In this document: positions 21,620 through 32,242 of the stretch, piece after piece
How the letters are laid out: each line of letters starts with the position of its first letter
How positions within the stretch are numbered: the stretch's first letter is position 1
From: Nitrospirales bacterium
GTDB lineage: Bacteria; Nitrospirota; Nitrospiria; Nitrospirales; UBA8639
Assembly: GCA_963555755.3 (NCBI GenBank)
Contig: OY820905.2
Location: 1,216,001-1,280,000 of the forward strand
Length of the DNA stretch: 64,000 nucleotides
Direction: 5' to 3'
The notes under the pieces: model-generated
The model's database searches: none
Told to the model about the DNA's origin: nothing
Seen by the model: the letters and a program-made list of their open reading frames with translations, nothing else
Translations under genes and position numbers: made by a program

Positions 21620-22223
21620 TAGGTTCCACAATTCCCAAGAAAACGGGGCAAACAGATGAACGCCGTTGGCCCATCTCAGCTGTGAGGAATCCAAGAGAAG
21701 ATGCGCGAAGGCATTGATCGCCAGCACACCAAACACTTTTTTCGGGTGCGCGGAAAGACAAGCCATGGCCCCAGCCAACATCACACATCCAAACAACGAA
21801 GCCTGACACATGGCATAGAGACGGAGATCGTACAGATCAATTGGAATGGCGAGGGATCGCACCACACGTTGGAGAATCCACGGCACATCGGGTATGACAC
21901 ATCCGACGAGTACCCATTTGGGATCACACCACGGGAAGAACCGATGGCCCAAAAACCCTTGCACGCCAAAGTGTGCTACCGTATTTGGCATTGTGAAATC
22001 CGATGGGAATGGTGTCTAACCACAAAACATGCTGGCGACAAGAACCAGAGGCTCTGAAAATATTCACCCTCCCTGGATTCATAGAATAACTGATGGGTTT
22101 TTTTCGTCAACCCTGGAAGGAAAAAAGAAGAGATGTGTTTCCCCGACATGCAAACCTGCCCAAGCACCTGTATGACCTGAACCGAGTGCTTGGGCTTTCT
22201 TCTAAACAAGGTCGAAATTTGGC

Positions 22224-22600
22224 TTATTGTCCACTCGCCCCGGCATCGAAGTTTTGTTGAATCTCTGCCTGAGTCAACGCTCGATCATACATCGCCATCA
22301 ACCGCATCGTCCCTGCCCACGGCCGATCCCCGCTGCCTTCATTCCCTAACGTCAACGGATCCGATGCATCCCAATTGCTCAACACGCCACTGATGGCCAC
22401 CGTCGTGGGATTCTCCACCCCATTCACATACACACGCTCCGTCGTCCCATCATAGGTGTGCACGATGTGTAGCAGCCCCGTCGTCACCACAGTATCATTC
22501 GTTTCGAGGCGAGGCTTGGCTTTATTGTCCTTGCCCGTATGGAGCAACCGCACTTGCACATCATTACCCTGCTGTCCTAACACATAATTCTGAAAATCCC
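22224..22600 (-). pseudogene. C-terminal LamG/concanavalin-like domain fragment
   Basis: HIVHTYDG..RVYVNG, LTLGNE and YDRALTQAEI; lacks an N-terminus and signal peptide. Confidence 0.6.
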
Positions 22601-23173
22601 CACGGATGTCGGCATCCCGCGTGCCAACATGACCCGTGACACCATCCTGAAGCACGTTGTAAAAGGGAGTCACATTAATTGACCAAATTTTCGATTCTGT
22701 AAAAAATGGTCATTAAGCAAACTTCTCAGGCAAAGATTAAAAATAACCTTTCACAATCTAAGGCAAAGAAAATTCCAGATGTAAGTTGTTAATAACTAAG
22801 GGATTTTTTAAAAGTTCCTTGAAAAAGTGTAAAATTCTACGACACTAAAATTCTTCACTATCAATAAAACGGTAGTAAATGGCATAAAAAACAACGACTT
22901 GAATAAAAAATTCGCTATTGTAAAAAAATTTACACATACCGAAGGAGAAAGGTGGGAATAGCATGAAATAGCCCAAAAACATTGGGAATTGAGGCATTGA
23001 ACAAGACTGTAAAAAATCCAAACAGTCCTGGTTACATTGATACGGCAGAGCTGTAATGGCACGAAAGATATCGCCGAATTCATTAAATTGACAAAAGATC
23101 TTTTTTAGACAAAAAACAGACTTCAACTTTTCCGAGAAAATAAAAAACTTGTGGAATGACGAGTAAGAATAAA

Positions 23174-23314
23174 GGGCACCTCTAAAAACCAGGCATTTTT
23201 TGTGAGGGCAAGGAAGCCGCGCGCGGAAAACCGGAGTGTATGGGCGAATACATGAGGATTTGAGCACGCGGCTGACGCCGCCATCACGGAAAAGGACGGT
23301 TTTTAGAGGTGCCC
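23174..23314 (+). mobile_element. MITE family B (141 bp, RPE-like), TSD TAAA
   Basis: Terminal inverted repeat gggcacctctaaaaacc; four near-identical copies in the window. Confidence 0.9.
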
Positions 23315-24318
23315 TAAAGAATTGAACCAGAGAAGGGGTGATTTCAGGAGAGATTGCTGTGCCAACGCGCAATACCCTGCATGGTACGATCTTGGCGTAG
23401 CCCCACTGGATTGGCAATAATGCGGGGAAATGTCAGATACTCACATACGATTGGAATACTTTGAATCCAACGGACCACCCACCCCTAGTACTGAAAAGGG
23501 AGAGGGTCACGGGTTGAGAGGGTCACGGACTGGAAATCCTCCATCTGGAGCGCGTTGAAATCCATGATGGCATTCAGCCTCCAATCAAGAACGAAACCTC
23601 GCTTGGTTGCAGAGTCATTTCATTTTGGAAGAGACGCTAACTTTCCTTTTTTTGGTCTCTTATGTTATTCTTATGTTATTCTTTTGTTACTCGCCATTTT
23701 GAGTGCTCAATTTTGGTTCATTCAACTCGCAAAAAGCTGTCCGGGAAAAATGACTCACATTTTTAGACAACCTCTTCATTGTTGCCACGTGTAAATTCCG
23801 CCATCCTTGTGGTATCTGGCAGTCGTCCCCTACTCACGACATTGCCCCGGAAACCCGCTGACTGTATTTGAATTTCGATATGACAAGAAGAGGTAAATGC
23901 CAGACTTAGCCTACAGGGATTGCCTGAATGACGTATAGACAATACCCACCAAATTTTGAGAAATGGTTGTATACCCATAATGGGGTACTTACCCCAAACT
24001 TAATGTATTTTTTCAAAATAAAGTTTCTGTGGAATGGCTTTTGATAAAAAAAGGATTTTGTTCAATTAACAGTGCCCTCTACAGTAAAAAATTAATTAAA
24101 AAGAGACGGATTGTAAAATATACCTACACAAGAGGTACAATAGGAAATGAATGAAGGAATACTCCCCCAGGATAAGGAGGAAGACACCACTACGAATGCA
24201 AGGATAGCTACCCAGTGAGGGATGAATTGTGATATAAAGACATTTTTGGGTTGGCTAGAGAAATGGAAGAAACTGTTAATTTCAATAACCATGGAACTTT
24301 TTCAAAGAGGTTTTAGAC

Positions 24319-24822
24319 ATGCCAAAAGGTAAAAATTCTATAAATATCAGAGGAACATTGGAGCCCTTAAGTGCCTGGAAACGGCATAAGGCGTTGCAAG
24401 AGCTGGCTCGATTTATGGGTCAGGAAGGGCGAGATCATCTCACCCAGTTGGAATATGATCTGGCCGAAGACAAAACCTATTCGGTGCAATTTTTTGTCAG
24501 GCACTGGGGATCGTGGACTCGAGCAGTCCAAAAAGCCCGAGAGCTGATTGATCAGAATGATAAGCCGGAACCCGAGACTTCCCCCTTTGCTGGTTGGGTT
24601 GCATGTCTCTGCGGAAAAGCCTGTCATTGCGAAAAACGGTTCTGGAGTCCAGACCGTCGGCGAATTCGCATGTGTGATGCGTGTCGATCCTGGTCAGATA
24701 AACTATCCGTGGATGACCAATTCTTCTATCTGACTGATGATACGGTCCTCAATACCGGAGCCCGGGGCACGGCAAAACAAGGGCGCCCCCGAAAGAACGA
24801 AGTCGAAGTCAGTGCCAAATAA
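24319..24822 (+). CDS. Hypothetical protein with a homing-endonuclease-associated-repeat-like N-terminus and Cys-rich C-terminus
   Basis: FVRHWGSWTRAV, CLCGKACHC and RMCDACR; GAGG RBS. Confidence 0.65.
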   Translation: MPKGKNSINIRGTLEPLSAWKRHKALQELARFMGQEGRDHLTQLEYDLAEDKTYSVQFFVRHWGSWTRAVQKARELIDQNDKPEPETSPFAGWVACLCGKACHCEKRFWSPDRRRIRMCDACRSWSDKLSVDDQFFYLTDDTVLNTGARGTAKQGRPRKNEVEVSAK

Positions 24823-24853
24823 AAACACCCGAAATAGCTTGCTGCAGTATTAA

Positions 24854-24994
24854 GGGCACCTCTACAAACCAGGCATTTTTTGTGAGGGCAAGGAAGCCGC
24901 GCGCGGAAAACCGGAGTGTAGGGGCGAATACATGAGGATTTGAGCACGCGGCTGACGCCGCCATCACGGAAAAGGACGGTTTTTAGAGGTGCCC
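24854..24994 (+). mobile_element. MITE family B, TSD TTAA
   Basis: Two substitutions relative to the other copies. Confidence 0.9.
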
Positions 24995-26056
24995 TTAAGG
25001 GAACTTAAGGGAATATGGACGTCTAATTTCTGTGGTGGCCGCCACCTTAGTGGATACGCGAACACCCCCTTTTCTTTTCAGGTATTTTCCCACCGGGTAC
25101 AAGCCAGGTTAAAGATTGTGACAGCACCCCTATGGGTGATTCATTATCTAGGAATCAGCTTTTCTAAAACACTATGAACCCGCCCGTTGGCACGCCATCT
25201 GGGTAGCAAAACAACGAACTCGATCACCGACTGAGTGAGCACCCAAAATTCCCAAGAGGCCATTTCATGGTCCAAAGCGGCATGGAACCTTAGTCGTGTG
25301 GTATCCTGGGATGGGCGGCCTGTTGGACATGAAAGCCGTCGTTCTTTCCAATGATACCCTCAAAGTTCAGTTTGATTTCGACCACCCGAAAGATTGCCGA
25401 ATGGCCTATGCGACGTTGGTTGAAAAACCTCAATTTGTGATCGGGACACTAGACGCCTTTGGAGAACGGACATTTTTCTACCTACCTCACAATAAAAAGC
25501 ACCCTAACCCTCGTTAGATCGCCACTGACGAAAGGAAGGCCCACACGGACCATTTCTTTTCATGCAATCCCAATTTTCTCGGATTGTTGGCCAGACTTTC
25601 CTCCCTCCAAGAGATTTATTTTCCTTCTGAGTTTTTCAGGACACTTCCAATAGAATTGAGACTCCGCTATGGGCTGGTGACACCCTGTACACAATATTAT
25701 ATTTTCTGGAACTCATTCTGGTGGTTTTTCAAAATTTTCCTCAATAGAGATAATTGGCCCTATAAATAAGTATAAAGTACATCTAGAAGATACGCGTTAA
25801 AGGCAGTAGGCTTGAGAGAATCATCACCTTGAATTTTTCAAGGAGGCTTAGCATCTTGTAAATTTTTATTTTGTAACGTGGCAAACCTCTTTATTCATAG
25901 ATAGGGTCAATGGTGCAATAGGTATTACGCCCTTATTCGACCATTTCATAAGGTGCATCATTTCGCCATGTTTTTTGAAATAGGGCCAAATAAATAAACC
26001 TAGCTTCATCAACATCTGTACTAAGAAATTTATTCTTTCAATTGGAATGAGTTAGG

Positions 26057-28942
26057 ATGAATGCATTGAGCTTTGATACAACTTCCCAAGTGAACCGAGA
26101 GGATTCTAACGACGGGCTTGGTATGCTTCTCATAGACCCTAACTCGGAACAGGCGCTACACCTTTTACAGACCCAGAAATCGATACTGGAAAACATCGTT
26201 CAAGGTCACGATCTGACCACAATTCTCAATACGCTCTGCATTGAAATGGAAAGGGTCCTCTTCCCCTCCCTCTGCTCCATCATGCTCCTCGATGAACCCA
26301 CCGGCCGGTTGCATGTGAGAGCCGCTCCTAATATGCCCAACAGCCTCTATGTCGATCTTGATAAGTCGGGTCTCGAGAATCCAACAGGTTCATGTGGTAT
26401 CGCGATTCAGACAGGAACGGTAGCTGTCATTGTGAACACCGAAACTGATCCCCATCGGGACAAGATCCGTGAACGAGCCGACAGGCATGGGATTCAAGCC
26501 TGTTGGTCAATTCCGATCGTGTCGAAGAAGAACACCCCCGTCGGGACCGTTGCCCTTTCATACCGGCAACTCCGGCGGCCCACGGCATTCGATCTTCATG
26601 CCCTTGAAACCGCAGCGACTCTCGCTGGCTACGCCATCCAACGTCGCAAAGAAGAGCACGAACTCCAGACCAGTCACGAACGACTTCAAAGCCTGTTTGA
26701 CTCAGCCCCCGTTGCGTACTTCACCAGCACCATGGACGGAATAATCTTGAGCGCCAATTCCTACACCGCAGCCTTATCAGGCATCCCGCAAGATGAATTA
26801 CCTGGCCGACCGATGCTCAATCTCTACGCACCAACCCTCCGTGGGAGAAAAAAAGCGGAACGAATCCACAAATGGATCAACCACGGGCTCGAAGTCGAGG
26901 GAGAAGAAATAGAACTGGAACGACCTGATGGCACCCGTCGCTGGATCAGCCTCACTGTACGTCTTATTCGAGACTCCATGGGAAACCCCATTGAGCGGCG
27001 GGGCATTCTTGAAGATATTTCCAACCGAAAACAAGCCGAACATTTATTGGACCAACAGAAATCTATTTTAGAGATGATTGCCAGGGGACAACCCCTCCAC
27101 CAGACCCTGTCCCGCCTATGTGAGGGAATCGAAACGCTCTCTCCAGACATGAAATGCTCTATTCACCAATTGGAAGGATCCACGCTCACTCTTCTGGCCG
27201 CCCCATCCTTCCCTGAAAGTTATACGAGTACAATCGCCACCCTTAAAATTGGACCGGATGTCGAATCGTGTGGAACCGCCGCCTATCGCCGAGAAGTCGT
27301 TGTCGTCTCGGATATTGCCACAGATCCGTTATGGAATAAGGGACGAACTTTAGCCCTGACACATGGGCTTCAAGCCTGTTGGGCCCACCCTATTTTCTCG
27401 TCCAACCATGAAGTGTTAGGAACGATGGCGATGTACTATCCCCAACCACGCACCCCCAGTAATGATGATTGGCAGATAATCGAATCGTCCACAAAGTTAG
27501 CCGGGATCGCGTTGGAACAGGAACGGGATCGCGCGGCCCTCACACAGAGCGAAACCCGGTATCGGATTCTCTACGAAGATAATCCTTCGATGTACTTTAC
27601 CGTGGCTCTGGATGGAACGGTGCGATCGGTGAATCAATTTGGCGCATCCCAACTCGGATTTACTCCAAGCGAACTCCTAGGAACATCGGTGTTTTCCCTG
27701 TGTCACAAGAACGATCAAGCAACGGTTCGACACCACTTCGAATCGTATCTCCAAGCTCCTTCCAACCTCGAATATTTTGAATGTCGAAAAGTCCGAAAAG
27801 ATGGAACCGTCATTTGGGCCCGGGAAACGATTCGATTGCTCCAAAGCAAAGAACAGGAATCCGTCCTTCTCCTCGTCTGTGAAGATATTACCAAGCAAAA
27901 ACGTGGCGAAGAAACGGTCGAACTGACCCAACATGTCTTTGATATCTTGCCAGACCATGTATCGATCGTCGGGTCGGATTACCGTTATCGTCGGGTCAAT
28001 AGTGTCTATGAACAGGTTCATGGTCTCCCCGCACAGGAGTTCATTGGCAAACAGATCTCCGACCTGCTTGGGAAACAGACGTTCCGGCAAGATATCAAAC
28101 CACACTTCGACCGTTGCCTTGCCGGAGAACGCGTGTCATATGAACAATGGTTCCAATTTCCCAATGGTCAGACACGATTCATGGCCGTCACCTACTCCCC
28201 ACTGCGGTCCCCGGATTCGCCTCATGGAGTTGAGGCGGTGGTCGTAAATTCACGTGACTTGACCCTGCGAAAACAGGTGGAAGAGGCTCTGAAAGACAGC
28301 GAAGGGCACCTCCGCATTCTCTTAGACGAACGCACCAGGATTAGCCAGGATCTTCATGATCACGTGCTCCAATCCGTGTACGCCTTGGGACTGATTATTG
28401 CCGCCATCCGGAAACCACTGAAAACCAAAAATTTTTCGGAAGTGTATGAATTCCTCGATCAAGCCGTCTCACAAGTGAATCATGCCATTGCCGACATTCG
28501 CAGATTTATCGAAGGGCTACCCCAAGATGGAGGGGAAATCGGAGACTTCACGACTGAGCTGAAAAATCTGATCCAGTCCATGTCCCTCCCGAATGGACCG
28601 ACATTCCAATTACGCATCGATCCAGAAGCCGCAGCCCTCCTTCCCAAAAACGACAGCCTGCATCTTCTCAGCATTGCTCGAGAATCCATGAGTAATTGCC
28701 TGCGTCACGCCCAAGCCTCCAAGGGCTCCATTAGCCTGACCCGAAGGCACGGAAAGCTGCGATTCGAGGTCCGTGATAATGGCATCGGATTCAACTACCA
28801 AGAAAGATTCCACTCAGGACACGGACTGCTCAATATGAAATCCCGCTCTGAATATGTACACGGCACAATCGTCATCCGCTCAGCTCCTCAGAAAGGAACC
28901 AGAGTGATTATTGACATGCCAAACAACCCACAAGGAAAGTAG
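26057..28942 (+). CDS. GAF/PAS sensor histidine kinase (HisKA_3, NarX-like)
   Basis: Two GAF and three PAS domains; ERTRISQDLHD, DNGIGF and GHGLLNM. Confidence 0.92.
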   Translation: MNALSFDTTSQVNREDSNDGLGMLLIDPNSEQALHLLQTQKSILENIVQGHDLTTILNTLCIEMERVLFPSLCSIMLLDEPTGRLHVRAAPNMPNSLYVDLDKSGLENPTGSCGIAIQTGTVAVIVNTETDPHRDKIRERADRHGIQACWSIPIVSKKNTPVGTVALSYRQLRRPTAFDLHALETAATLAGYAIQRRKEEHELQTSHERLQSLFDSAPVAYFTSTMDGIILSANSYTAALSGIPQDELPGRPMLNLYAPTLRGRKKAERIHKWINHGLEVEGEEIELERPDGTRRWISLTVRLIRDSMGNPIERRGILEDISNRKQAEHLLDQQKSILEMIARGQPLHQTLSRLCEGIETLSPDMKCSIHQLEGSTLTLLAAPSFPESYTSTIATLKIGPDVESCGTAAYRREVVVVSDIATDPLWNKGRTLALTHGLQACWAHPIFSSNHEVLGTMAMYYPQPRTPSNDDWQIIESSTKLAGIALEQERDRAALTQSETRYRILYEDNPSMYFTVALDGTVRSVNQFGASQLGFTPSELLGTSVFSLCHKNDQATVRHHFESYLQAPSNLEYFECRKVRKDGTVIWARETIRLLQSKEQESVLLLVCEDITKQKRGEETVELTQHVFDILPDHVSIVGSDYRYRRVNSVYEQVHGLPAQEFIGKQISDLLGKQTFRQDIKPHFDRCLAGERVSYEQWFQFPNGQTRFMAVTYSPLRSPDSPHGVEAVVVNSRDLTLRKQVEEALKDSEGHLRILLDERTRISQDLHDHVLQSVYALGLIIAAIRKPLKTKNFSEVYEFLDQAVSQVNHAIADIRRFIEGLPQDGGEIGDFTTELKNLIQSMSLPNGPTFQLRIDPEAAALLPKNDSLHLLSIARESMSNCLRHAQASKGSISLTRRHGKLRFEVRDNGIGFNYQERFHSGHGLLNMKSRSEYVHGTIVIRSAPQKGTRVIIDMPNNPQGK

Positions 28943-28949
28943 GCAAACC

Positions 28950-29609
28950 ATGATTGAAATTCTGTTAGTAGAAGACCATGAAGTCGTCCGCATCGGCCTG
29001 CGTACCGTTCTGGCCCAGCACCCAGACTTCACCATCGTCGCAGAAGTCGGAACCGTTGAGGGCGCGACGCAGGAAGGCATCAAACTTCAGCCACATATCG
29101 TGCTCATGGATCTCCGGCTCCCGGACGGAAGCGGCGCGGATGCCTGTCGTGCTATTCTAGAGGCCTGTCCCAACACCCGTATCCTGTTTCTGACCTCCTA
29201 CCGAGACGAGGATTCCATGTTAGCCGCCATCTTAGCCGGAGCCTCGGGCTATCTTCTCAAGGAAGTCAGTCCCGATCGATTGATACAAGCCATAGAATTA
29301 GTCGCGGACGGACATTCCATTCTTGATCACGAGGTTATTAAAAAAGTCAAATCCTGGGTCCAAAAAAAGTCGCAACCATCAAACCCGGCCAAAAAATGGA
29401 ATTTGTCCCCCCAACAATTTCGTGTATTGGAACAAGTGGCCGAAGGCAAAACCAACAAAGAAATCGGGCGCGTCTTAGGGCTGAGTGATAAAACCGTCAG
29501 AAACTATCTGGCGACCATTTTTGAAAAACTCCAGATCACTCGACGCAGCCAGGCTGCAGCCATGTTCATACGGCAACACCTCAAAGACACTGCCACCGTG
29601 GAGGTGTAG
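28950..29609 (+). CDS. NarL/LuxR-family response regulator
   Basis: VEDHEVVR, MDLRLPD and GKTNKEIG...KTVRNY. Confidence 0.93.
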   Translation: MIEILLVEDHEVVRIGLRTVLAQHPDFTIVAEVGTVEGATQEGIKLQPHIVLMDLRLPDGSGADACRAILEACPNTRILFLTSYRDEDSMLAAILAGASGYLLKEVSPDRLIQAIELVADGHSILDHEVIKKVKSWVQKKSQPSNPAKKWNLSPQQFRVLEQVAEGKTNKEIGRVLGLSDKTVRNYLATIFEKLQITRRSQAAAMFIRQHLKDTATVEV

Positions 29610-29926
29610 GACTCGTCGCTGGTTGCTGGTTGCTAGTCGCTCGGGAAAAAAGTTTAAGATTCCAGATACCAGCGACCAGCCTGCTCAAGCCCTACTTCAC
29701 CAAAAAACGGCAGTTGGGGGCCCAACTGCCGTTTTTTGGTGAAGTAGGGCTCACACCTCATGTTGTCTCCCTCCAAAACCGAAAATCTTCATACAGGCAA
29801 CCTCCTAGGCTGATTTAGTTCAGGCACACTGTGATGTCCATCATCCTAGAAACAGCAGTTGGGCGCAAAAAAGCCGTGCAAGACATTGGTGTGCATGGTG
29901 AAATACAAAAAGTCGTGGTCACCTTA

Positions 29927-30083
29927 GGGCTCGCGCAACAATAACTTTCCCTGTTTGGGCGTCGATCCATCCCGTCTGGCGGCGTTGCTCGTCCTTTCCA
30001 TACGAGGAGTATGCGCAGTCCTCGCGCCTTGCCAGACAGGTGTCTCAGCACCCAAACAGGGAAAGTTATTGTTGCACGAACCC
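29927..30083 (+). mobile_element. MITE family A, TSD TTA
   Basis: 157-bp copy flanked by TTA on both sides. Confidence 0.88.
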
Positions 30084-30126
30084 TTAGTGGTGATGAGATA
30101 ATTTTTTATTTTGCCAGGTGTGCTCA

Positions 30127-30631
30127 GGGTCCGTCACGAAATAACCGGGACAATTGGGAGGGCCGGACGCTTTTGGGCTCCGCCGGCGTCGCTCATCACT
30201 TCCATACTCCCGGTATGCGCGCTCTTCGCTCCTTGGCTCGCTCCAAAATCGTCTCGGCCAATTGTCCCGGTTATTTCGTGACGGACCCTAAGGGCTCGCG
30301 CAAGAATAACTTCCCATCTTTGAGCGTCGATCCATCCTGTCTGGCGGCGTTGCTCGTCCCTTACATACCAAGAGTATGCGCAGTCCTCGCGCCTTGCCAG
30401 ACAGGTGTCTCGTCACCCCAAAATGGGAAGTTATTCTTGCGCGAGCCCTCAGGACCTGCGAGAAAATAACTTGATCAATATCGGGCCAAGATTTGGGTCG
30501 GATTTGGACGGAACGATTGAGAAACACTCGAGGCATAGCACAGCTATGGTGAGGGTTTTTCGATTGAGGCCCGTTCAAAGATGGCCCGAAAATTGGATGC
30601 GAGATTGATCAAGTTATTTTCTCGCAGGTCC
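30127..30631. mobile_element. Chain of three different MITEs: D (30127-30288), A (30292-30448) and E (30452-30631)
   Basis: Each has long terminal inverted repeats; joined by TCA/TAA trinucleotides. Confidence 0.85.
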
Positions 30632-30757
30632 TAAGAGCTTGCGCGGACTTTTGTGATCCAACTGCTGTTTCTAGGATCACGCCTGACGAAACATCACCAT
30701 CCGGGATGTGGTCTTCAACCCACGCCAAAGAGACACCAGCGAATTGAGAGTGAGGAT

Positions 30758-32242
30758 ATGGGGCTTTCGATTGACAAGGAAGAATTTGAGGAACAGGATT
30801 TCGTAGACTTCGCGGATCGCCTGCAACAAAGCCTTACCATTTTGCGCGAACTACTCAGCCGTCCTGGATTTGGAGAGGGGCCCCTCACACTCGGCGCAGA
30901 GCTCGAACTTTCCATCATCGATAAAGCGGGCCTGGCATTTCCGATCAACCGATCCCTTCTCGCCCAGAGCGCGGACTCGTCACTCCAACTCGAACTCAAT
31001 CGCTTCAATATCGAATATAATGCCACTCCCGTTCCCTTAATTGGATCACCGTTTACCGCACTGCACACCCAACTCACGGGTGCCTTACAACACATCAATG
31101 GTCTGGCCGCGGCTCAAGGCGGACGTGTCGTACCCATCGGCATTCTTCCCACGCTCAGCGAAGCCGATCTCCAATCCCAAGCCTTAACCGATCTCCCGCG
31201 CTATCGCGCCCTCTCATGGGCTCTTCGCCATCAACGACATACCCCATTTCGGGTATGTATTGACGGCAAGGAACCGCTCACCATGACCTGTAACGATGTG
31301 ACGATGGAAGGAGCCAACACGTCGTTTCAATTACATCTTCGCGTGCCGCCTCATGAGTTTGCCCATCTGTACAATATGGCTCAATTGGTCACCCCCATTG
31401 CCGTTGCAGTCTCCGCCAATTCGCCAATCTTTGTTGGCCATCAATTATGGGATGAAACCCGCATTGCCTTATTTAAACAAGCCATTGATGATCGACCTCC
31501 TCACGAAAAGAACTGGAATCAGCCGGCTCGTGTGTCATATGGGAATGGATGGGTCCGCGAAGGGGCATATGAATTATTCGCAGAAGCCGTCGGCCTCTTC
31601 CCTCCTCTGATGCCTCTGAGCAGCGACCGGCCACCCATGGAATGCCATCGACGTGGCGAACTTCCTCCATTGGAAGAACTCCGCCTCCACCAAAGCACGG
31701 TGTGGCGATGGAACCGCGCCATCTATGATCCGGCCATGGGGGGACACCTTCGTATTGAGCTTCGGGCATTGCCATCAGGCCCTACCTCTATTGATATGGT
31801 TGCCAACGCCGCGTTTTTGATTGGCATGACCTTAGGGCTTCGCGCACAGGCGCAACACCTGCTTCCGATTTTTCCCTTTGATTATACGCATCGAAATTTT
31901 TATCGAGCGGCACAGGCGGGGATGGACGCCCAGCTCCTCTGGCCCTCTGACACCCCACCCTCTCCCCGCGAAATGCCCTTGCGTGATCTTGCCAGGACCA
32001 TGTTGCCCATTGCCAAACAGGGATTAGGCGAAGCAGGGGTTGACGAAGAAGAAACCGACCGCCTACTGAACATTATTCAGCAACGCCTGGACACAGGAAT
32101 CAATGGTGCCACCTGGCAACGATCCATGCTGACTCAATTCGAACAAGAAATGCCCCGCACGGAAGCCCTGGCCGCGATGTTGGAACGATACCTCACATGC
32201 TCGAACGAAGGACGACCCGTCACAGAGTGGAGCCAGTCCTGA
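30758..32242 (+). CDS. Glutamate--cysteine ligase (GCS2) family protein
   Basis: GAELEL, ELNRFNIEYN, SFQLHL, SANSP, TVWRWNR and HLRIELR. Confidence 0.88.
   Translation: MGLSIDKEEFEEQDFVDFADRLQQSLTILRELLSRPGFGEGPLTLGAELELSIIDKAGLAFPINRSLLAQSADSSLQLELNRFNIEYNATPVPLIGSPFTALHTQLTGALQHINGLAAAQGGRVVPIGILPTLSEADLQSQALTDLPRYRALSWALRHQRHTPFRVCIDGKEPLTMTCNDVTMEGANTSFQLHLRVPPHEFAHLYNMAQLVTPIAVAVSANSPIFVGHQLWDETRIALFKQAIDDRPPHEKNWNQPARVSYGNGWVREGAYELFAEAVGLFPPLMPLSSDRPPMECHRRGELPPLEELRLHQSTVWRWNRAIYDPAMGGHLRIELRALPSGPTSIDMVANAAFLIGMTLGLRAQAQHLLPIFPFDYTHRNFYRAAQAGMDAQLLWPSDTPPSPREMPLRDLARTMLPIAKQGLGEAGVDEEETDRLLNIIQQRLDTGINGATWQRSMLTQFEQEMPRTEALAAMLERYLTCSNEGRPVTEWSQS

Larger units (their letters stand above)
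19892..21991 (-). pseudogene. Membrane metal-dependent hydrolase (YdjM-like) interrupted by IS630
   Basis: HFG, PDVPW and HLLLD motifs; removing the IS and one TA restores the frame (WNLGWYWPESIVTYG), ~301 aa. Confidence 0.85.

Noticed and set aside
22845..23417. 190-aa ORF and similar ORFs at 4328, 6868-7325, 29815-30578, 50135, 53419 and 60275
   Set aside because: These frames run through palindromic MITEs and repeat the same peptides; not credible genes.
23795..23930. Possible riboswitch
   Set aside because: Some hairpin potential, but no match to a consensus I can recognise; needs an Rfam scan.
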